Part shown: in pieces, positions 55,169 through 64,000 of the stretch
How the letters are laid out: every line of letters begins with the position of its first letter
How positions within the stretch are numbered: the first letter of the stretch is position 1
Source: the human T2T-CHM13v2.0 reference genome, Homo sapiens
Direction: 5' to 3'
Assembly: GCA_009914755.4 (NCBI GenBank)
Contig: CP068257.2
Span: forward strand, 35,360,001 to 35,424,000
DNA length: 64,000 nucleotides
Notes under the pieces: generated by a model
Told to the model about the DNA's origin: nothing
Databases searched by the model: none
Seen by the model: only the letters and a program-made list of their open reading frames with translations
Program-made: the position numbers and the translations under genes

Positions 55169-55599
55169 GAGCAGTTTATTTTTGTCACCTGTTTATTCTG
55201 TGATAGAAGGGTAATATATCAAAGAAGAGAAAAACTGTCCTATACAGAAACCACCAGAGGAAGAATTTGCTACTGTCCTGCAGAGCATGAATCATGTCTG
55301 CGTGACTCATTTTTGCAGAACTGCTGGTGAAAGGCCAATGCATAAATAGGTACTTTGTGATGATGATCATGAAAATGATGGATAATAAAAAGATACAAAC
55401 AGTTCTGACTGCCTTAGAAGGCAGTTGCTGGACAAATAAAAAATACAGTACTATTTTAATATTCTATTGCATCATTACTTGGTAATCATTACAAACAGAT
55501 TTGATTTTATAGTTTCAAATATTTCAAAAAGATGTTCAATGCCATTACAGAAATGCAAATTAAAACACAGTAAGATACTTCTACATCACTGTTAGAATG

Positions 55600-56030
55600 G
55601 ATACAATTTTATTTATTTATTTATTAAAATATTATTATTGTAAATTGACAAACTATAGTTGTACATATTTATGGGGTACAAAGTGATGTTATGATTTACA
55701 AATACAACTTGGGATAATTAAATCAAGTGAATTAACTATTCATCACCTCAAACTTCTTTTGTGGAGAGAACATTTGAAATTTTACTCTCTTAGCAATTTT
55801 GAAATGTACAATACACTATTATTAACTAAACTTACTATGCTGTGTAATAGATTGCAAAAAACCCCTTATTTCTCCTGCCTAACAGAGGCTTTGTAGTAGC
55901 CTCTGACCATCATTTACCCATTCCCTCCAGCCCCCAGCCTCTGGTAATCACCATCCTACTCTATGCTTCTATGAGGCTATTGTTTTAGATTCCACATTAT
56001 ATTAGTCAGGGTTCTCTAGAGGGACAGAGC
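55600..56030 (-). mobile_element. old L1 (L1M-like) 3'-end fragment, antisense
   Basis: ...tatttatggggtacaaagtgatgttatgatttacaaatacaacttggg...ccagcctctggtaatcaccatcctactctatgcttctatgaggctattgttttagattccacat... matches the reverse complement of L1MB/L1MC 3' ends. Confidence 0.75.
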
Positions 56031-56331
56031 TAATAGGAGATATATATATAGAATATATACATAGAATATATATATAGAATATATACATAGAATACATATA
56101 TAGAATATATACATAGAATACATACATAGAATATATATAGAATATATATAGAATATATACATAGAATATATATAGAATATACATAGAATATATACATAGA
56201 ATATATACATAGAATATATATATAGAATATACATAGAATATATATAGTGTATATATAGTGTATATATATAGTATATATATAGTGTATATATAGTGTATAT
56301 ATATAGTATATATATAGTGTGTGTGTGTGTA

Positions 56332-56389
<58 letters not shown>

Positions 56390-56390
56390 G
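56030..56390. repeat. complex AT-rich minisatellite: about 24-bp (ATATATAGAATATATACATAGAAT)-type units, then (TATATAGTGTA)n, (TG)n, (TA)n
   Basis: Direct reading: repeated tagaatatatacatagaatata units across 56035-56230, (tatatagtgta)n over 56240-56310, (tg)n over 56322-56350, (ta)n over 56350-56385. Confidence 0.9.
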
Positions 56391-56855
56391 GAGATTATTA
56401 AATATTAACTCACATAATCACAAGGTCCCGCAGTAGGCCTTCTGCAGGCTTAGGAAGAAGAAGAGCCAGTTGGAGTTCCAAAACTGAAGAACTTGGAGTC
56501 CAATGTTTGAGGGCAGGAAGCATCCAGCATGAGAGAAAGATGTAGGCTGGAAGGCTGGGCCAGTCTAGTCTTTTCATATTTTTCTGCGTGCTTTATATTC
56601 TAGCCACACTGGCAGCCAATTAGATGGTGGCCACCCAGATTAAGGGTGGGTCTGCCTTTCCCAGCCCACTGACTCAAATGTTAATCTCCTTTGGCAACAC
56701 CCTCACAGACACACCCAGGATCAGTACTTTGCATCCTTCAATCCAATCAAGTTGACACTCAGTATCAACCATCACACATACATAAGTAAGATCACGTGGT
56801 ATTTGTTTTTCTGTGTGTGGCTTATTACACTTAACGTCATGTCTTCTGATTTCTT

Positions 56856-57718
<863 letters not shown>

Positions 57719-57845
57719 TAAATAAGAAGTGTTGGCAGGGATGTGGAGAAACTAGAATCCTCATATTATATTATTGGTGGAAATGTATAAACAGTACAAC
57801 CATTTTGGAAAACAATCTGGCAGTTTCAGTAGAAAGCTAAAACTG

Positions 57846-58440
<595 letters not shown>

Positions 58441-58774
58441 TTCACCATAGAACCTAGCTATTCCACTCCTAGGAATCTACCCAAGACAAATAAAAACATT
58501 AGTCCACACAAAGACATGTACGTGAATGTTTATAGTAGCGCTATTCATAACAATCTCACACTGGAAATCATCCAAATATACATTAACTGGTGGCTGGATA
58601 AATAAAATGTGGTATGTCCATACAATGGGATGTTATTCAGTAATTAGAAGAGATGAAGTATTGATACATGTGGAAACACGAGTGGACCTTGGAAGCAGCG
58701 TGCTAAGTGGAAGAAACCAGACATAACAGACTGCATTGTATGAGTCCATTTTCTTTTTCAATTTTTATTTATTT

Positions 58775-59065
58775 ATTTTTTGAGACGGAATCTCACTCTG
58801 TCACTCAGGGTGGAGTGCAGTGGCATGCATGATCTCAGCTCACTGCAACTTCCACCTCCCGGGTTCAAGCAATTCTCGTGCCTCGGCTTCCCGAGTAGCT
58901 GGGATTACAGGAACCCACCACCATGCCTGGCTAATTTTTGTATTTTTAGTAGAGATGGGGTTTCACCATGTTGGCCAGGCTGGTCTCGAACTCCTGACTT
59001 CGTGATTCACCCGGCTCAGCCTCTCAAAGTGCTGGGATTACAGGCGTGAGCCACTGCGCCCGTCC
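58775..59065 (-). mobile_element. Alu (antisense) nested in L1, TSD GTATGAGTCCATTT
   Basis: TTTTTGAGACGGAATCTCACTCTGTCACTCAGGGTGGAGTGCAGTGGCATG...; TSD at 58738-58752 and 59065-59079. Confidence 0.9.
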
Positions 59066-60827
59066 GTATGAGTCCATTTATATAAAAGGTCCACAGAAAG
59101 GCGAATTTCTAGTGACAGAAAACAAAACAGTGGTTGCTTAGTGCTGGGAGTGGGAGCAAGGATTAACTGTAAATCAGCACAAGAAAACTTTTTGGGGTGA
59201 TAGAATTATTCTAAAACTGGATTATGGTGTTAGTTGCATAATTCTAGAAATGCACGAAAATCTTTGAAATGTACAGTGCCAATGGGTAAATATATAGTAA
59301 ATAAATTACATCCCAATAAGTTGTTTTTTTTTTAAAGCATAGACTCTTATTATTAAGACAATATTTGTATCTTTTATTTAGCTACAGAGTCGCTACAGGA
59401 ATAATACATTTTTTGGGGGTGGAGGGCATGACAAAGTTTAAATTTTTAAGAAGTAACCCAAAGGAAAACATTCTAAAGAAATCTTTCAGTTTCTTCCCTG
59501 AGACCTCTGAGTTTTTTTACTCTCCTGGGTTTATTCATTAAGGCCCTGTCTTCTGAAGATGTGCAGTGACCTCTGAGTCATCAATCACTTAAAGGTAAAG
59601 AGGTCCCAGGTGTACTTTTAGAATAATGGGTTCAATTCCAAAGTAAGACATGAAGGGAGGACCAATTGCCTAGATCCAGGTCATCAGTAGGCTAGACCTT
59701 CCTGTCCTGCGTTCAAAGTGAGTATCTGGAATTACTTGAAACTCCAAGATTAGGTTGTTAAACAACATGGTAAGACCAATACCCAAATTTAAGTTAGGTG
59801 TAAGACTTAGGGCTTCAGATGTCAACAATACCAAACCATAATAGTCACCATTGTCATAAAGTGGGTGCTCTCCAGATATATCAACAGTACACCTGGAAAG
59901 TCCATCGTTTTCCAGAATTTTCTACAATAATATACTGGTCCCTAGCAACAGTTACCATATAGATGATTAAAAGACACTAAAATTTTTATTTTAAAATGCA
60001 GTTTTTATCAATATACAACAGATACAGAAAAGCAAGCATATCTTAAGTGCTCAATGAATTTTCAAAGGTAACATCCCTTCTATAACACCAACAAGGTTGA
60101 GAAATAGAAGATCACCATCACCCTGGAAGCCCCTCAAAGCCCCTCCCGGCTACCACACTCACTCTCTTCCTCAAAGATAACCACTATTCTGACTCTTAAC
60201 ACCATACATTTGTTTGCCCAGTTCTGAACTTTATATAAATGGAATCAACCACACTGTATGCACTCGTTTTTGTCTGGTTTATTTTACACTGTACATAAGT
60301 CAACCATAGTCTCTTGTAGGAATATGTCAACTATTTATTTATTCATTCTATTATTGATGTACATTTGTATTGCTTCCAGGGATTTTGGCTGTTATGAATA
60401 ATGCTGCTATGAACACTTTTGGGTTTGTTTTTTGTGCATTATCTGTGGACATTTCTGTTGAGAATATATCTAGGAGTGGATGTTGGCTGCTAGGGTATGT
60501 GTATGGTTAGCTTTAGTATACATCATTTTATTTGGCCAAAATCTAGAAAGCCACTTGAAGTGATGTAAGTGTAAACATACCTAAATGGAGAAATTTCCTA
60601 AATGTAAACACACGTTCATTCTTCATCAGAACTGATGGAGCAAACACTGTCACAGGCAGGACAACTGAGTATCAGTCACGAAGTTAGTGGAGTGTGATGT
60701 CTCACCAACATCACTTCGGAAGCCATCGCCTCCGTGGGGTTCGGGCCTTGGGAAATGAGCCCCACATGAACTTCCTGGCACTCCTGCCAGCTCCTTTCAG
60801 TGGAGTCTGGATGAACAAGGCTCATAG

Positions 60828-61200
<373 letters not shown>

Positions 61201-61861
61201 ACTTATTTTCTTTAAAAAACAAAAAAGCCAGGGGTAATTATTAGCACACAATTGCAGGCTGAGTCTCTCAGTTCCTGGAGGACACTTGTCTGCTGCTTTC
61301 TGGAGCTTGGTGGTCCTTTACCTCTGGGCAGGGCTAAAAGCTCTTGCCTGTGACTGGTTCTTCCTGGTGGCTGTGGGCTCATAATCTACCCCATGTCAGA
61401 GTCCATCTCTGACAGGATTTGAAGCCAGGGCACCTGGATTCAGCTCACAATGCTTCTAGTAGGATATTTTCATGGCCCAGGCTAATCTTAATAATCCAGT
61501 GTTTGTCCCCAGTGAAACCTTCCAGGGAGTTTCTACATCAGTTTCACTTCATGGTCTCTGAATTGGGTGTCCACTTGGGTTTGGGGAAGACTTTCTATGA
61601 AAACAAGGATCCCTTTGGCTTGCTGCCTATCCGTGGAAGTTGAAGCGTTAGTCAGAATTCCGACCTCAGACGCTTTTACACCCTAATGGGCCAGGCTGCA
61701 GAGAGGGCTCTATCTTCTTTTCTTTTAACTTTTCTTTAAAGTTGGATTCCTTCTGTAGCTGCTTGTTCTCTTCCATGTCTCTAGGGTATTTGTTAGTATA
61801 CACAAGAAACAGCTTCTTGAATAATGTCCATTATAGCTTCGCATTTAAATGACAATGACTT

Positions 61862-62046
61862 CCTCCCTCTCCCTCTCCCTCTCCCTCTCCCTTCCCTTCC
61901 CCCTTTCCCCCCTTCCCTCTCCCTTCCCTCTCCCTTCCCTCTCCCTTCCCTCTCCCTTCCCTCTCCCTTCCCTTTCCCTTCCCTTTCCCTTCCCTCTCCT
62001 TTCCTCTCCTTTCCTCTCTTTTCCTCTCCTTTCCTTTCCTTTCCTG
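61862..62046. repeat. (CCCTCT)n/(TCCCT)n polypyrimidine array, about 185 bp
   Basis: ctccctctccctctccctctcccttcccttccccc...tcccttccctctcccttccctctcc...ttcctctcctttcctttcc. Confidence 0.9.
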
Positions 62047-62350
62047 TCTCACAGGGCTTGCTCTGTTGCCCAGGCTGGAGTACACTGGTGTGATCATAGC
62101 TCACGGCAGCCTAGAACTCCTAGGTTCAAGCAATCCTTGAGGCTCAAGCTCAGCCTCCCATGTAACTGGAACTACGGGCACGCACCACCACGCCCAGCTA
62201 TTTAAAAAAAAAAAATTTTTTTTTATAGACAGGATGTCTTGCTATGTTGCCCAGGCTAGTATTGAACTCCTGGCCTCAAACAATCTTCCTGCCTCTGCCT
62301 CCTAAAGTTCTGGGATTACAAGCATGAGCCACTGCACCTGGCCTGTTTTA
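62047..62350 (-). mobile_element. Alu (older, antisense) abutting the CCCTCT array
   Basis: TGTCTCACAGGGCTTGCTCTGTTGCCCAGGCTGGAGTACACTGGTGTGATCATAGCTCACGGCAGCC... GAGCCACTGCACCTGGCC. Confidence 0.85.
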
Positions 62351-62759
62351 TTTATTTTCTACCATACTCTAAGGCTGCAAGTAGAGCAGCTGCAATGCCT
62401 GCTTTTAGCATTGGAGAACTTACCATATGCTCCTTACTTTCTGTTTTTGCTTGCTTTAAAAGTTGCCACAACTTTTGTCATTGTTATTTGTTAGTAGTAG
62501 AGAAGAACTTATATTCTCCAAGCTCAGATGGGGTTCCTGAATTTGGCCCTACTTTTTATGTTTTTATAAACCATTGACATGTACTAAAACTACTTGGGAC
62601 ATGACTTGCAAAAAACTTGTCATTGGTCAAATGGCAAATATTCACTACAAACGTATAGAACAACAAATCACCTACTTGCTTAGGTTTAAAATGGAAAGAA
62701 ATTATTTTGGATTCTATATTTTGGGATAACTTAACATTTTAAAGGTATTATTTATTGCA

Positions 62760-63083
<324 letters not shown>

Positions 63084-63479
63084 TCACTCAGCATTAGGAG
63101 GCTAATTAGGCAATATGAGGGGGCATGGCTTTATCAAGAGACCAACCAGGTCAATTTTCTCAGATTTTAGGTCAGTTTCAGGATACGTTTGGGATGATCC
63201 TTATATGGGTGACTTAGGTAGCTTTTTGATTGTTGTTACCAGTTTTCATTCATTCGTTTTTTTTTTAAATAGCTGTATTGAGATAGAATTCACATACTTT
63301 ATAATTCACCCATTTAAAGTATACAATTCAATGGTTTTTAGTATATTCACTGATACGTGCAATCACCACCACAGTCAATTTTAAAACATGTCATCACTTC
63401 AAAAGAGAAACCTCATGTCTGCTAGCCCTCAGTCCTCTATTCCCCCACCCTACCCTAAGCAATCACAAGTCTACTTATC

Positions 63480-63662
63480 TAGGCTGGGCGCGGTGGCTCA
63501 TGCCTGTAATCCCAGCACTTTGGGAGGCCGAGGTGGGCAGATCACCTGAGGTCAGGAGTTTGAGACCAGCCTGGCCAACAGGATTAGTGAAACCCTGCCT
63601 CTACTAAAAATACAAAAACTAGCTGAGCGTGGTGGTGGACACCTATAATCCCAGCTACTCAG
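63480..63662 (+). mobile_element. Alu, 3'-truncated (sense)
   Basis: GGCTGGGCGCGGTGGCTCATGCCTGTAATCCCAGCACTTTGGGAGGCCGAGGTGGGCAGATCACCTGAGGTC... ends abruptly inside the right arm at CAGCTACTCAG. Confidence 0.85.
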
Positions 63663-64000
63663 CATCCAGGTCCCCAGGGCTCTGTGGGTGGCATCCGGGA
63701 GAGGTGGCCTTGCCAGAGGATGCTCAGGGAGAAGCAGGGACCCCACAGCTGTGTATTAGCCTGAGGGACGTCCCCAGAGGTGGAACAAGAGCATGTCTCC
63801 AGGTAAATGAGCATTCCCCAAGTAAGTGTTAGTGTCACTGTTCTGTCCTCACTGCCACCCACCATCCCCCCCAATCAGTGGGCTGGAAAGGACAGGTCTG
63901 GAACCAGAGAGGGGGTTTGTGGTTACAGCCTCTCCCCACAGCAGGCCTGGGTGAGGGCCTCCTGGCCTGGGGAGGCCTGTCCCTCCTGCCACAGCCCTTG

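Noticed and set aside
56030-56390. Regular short direct repeats that could superficially resemble a CRISPR array
   Set aside because: Units are contiguous with no unique spacers, AT-only composition, and in a eukaryotic repeat context. It is a minisatellite, not a CRISPR locus.
63662-64000. GC-rich unique sequence after a truncated Alu (GGTGGCCTTGCCAGAGGATGCTCAGGGAG...), possibly an SVA-like or exon segment
   Set aside because: I could not match it confidently to SVA, LTR or any coding frame, and the window ends at 64000. Left unannotated rather than guessed.

Overview
This window is primate (human-type) nuclear genomic DNA, not a prokaryotic or phage locus. It is very Alu-dense: I count roughly 80 Alu or Alu-monomer copies (about 35-40% of bases). 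It also holds several L1 fragments in both orientations, one Tigger-like DNA-transposon fragment, an interspersed-repeat family I cannot name, and several micro- and minisatellites.

There are two strong CpG islands. The first (about 11.9-12.8 kb) carries a minus-strand exon ending in a canonical splice donor (CAGAAG|gtaagt at 12372) with no ATG. By recalled gene order (HLCS-RIPPLY3-PIGP on 21q22.13) this fits a noncoding first exon of HLCS transcribed leftward; that is an inference, not verified. The second island (about 27.8-29.6 kb) is the promoter and exon 1 of a complete four-exon plus-strand gene that I identify as RIPPLY3 (DSCR6), a Groucho/TLE-dependent transcriptional corepressor.

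The RIPPLY3 call rests on an ATG in good Kozak context, four exons with canonical acceptors and donors and consistent phase, and a 190-aa product. That product contains the WRPW Groucho-binding motif in exon 2 and the Ripply-homology region (HPVR...[14 protein letters not shown]) spanning exons 3-4.

Between the two genes lies an intronless, diverged copy of mitochondrial ribosomal protein L20 (bL20m/MRPL20). It has a lost start codon, a frameshift and a poly(A) remnant, so it is a processed pseudogene.

I found no novel biological system. The most useful observations are the gene structures, the putative HLCS 5' exons, the retropseudogene, two Alus sharing one insertion site, Alus with intact target-site duplications, and long polypurine/polypyrimidine and AT-rich tandem arrays. 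All coordinates are +/- about 10 bp, except splice junctions, which were read base by base.
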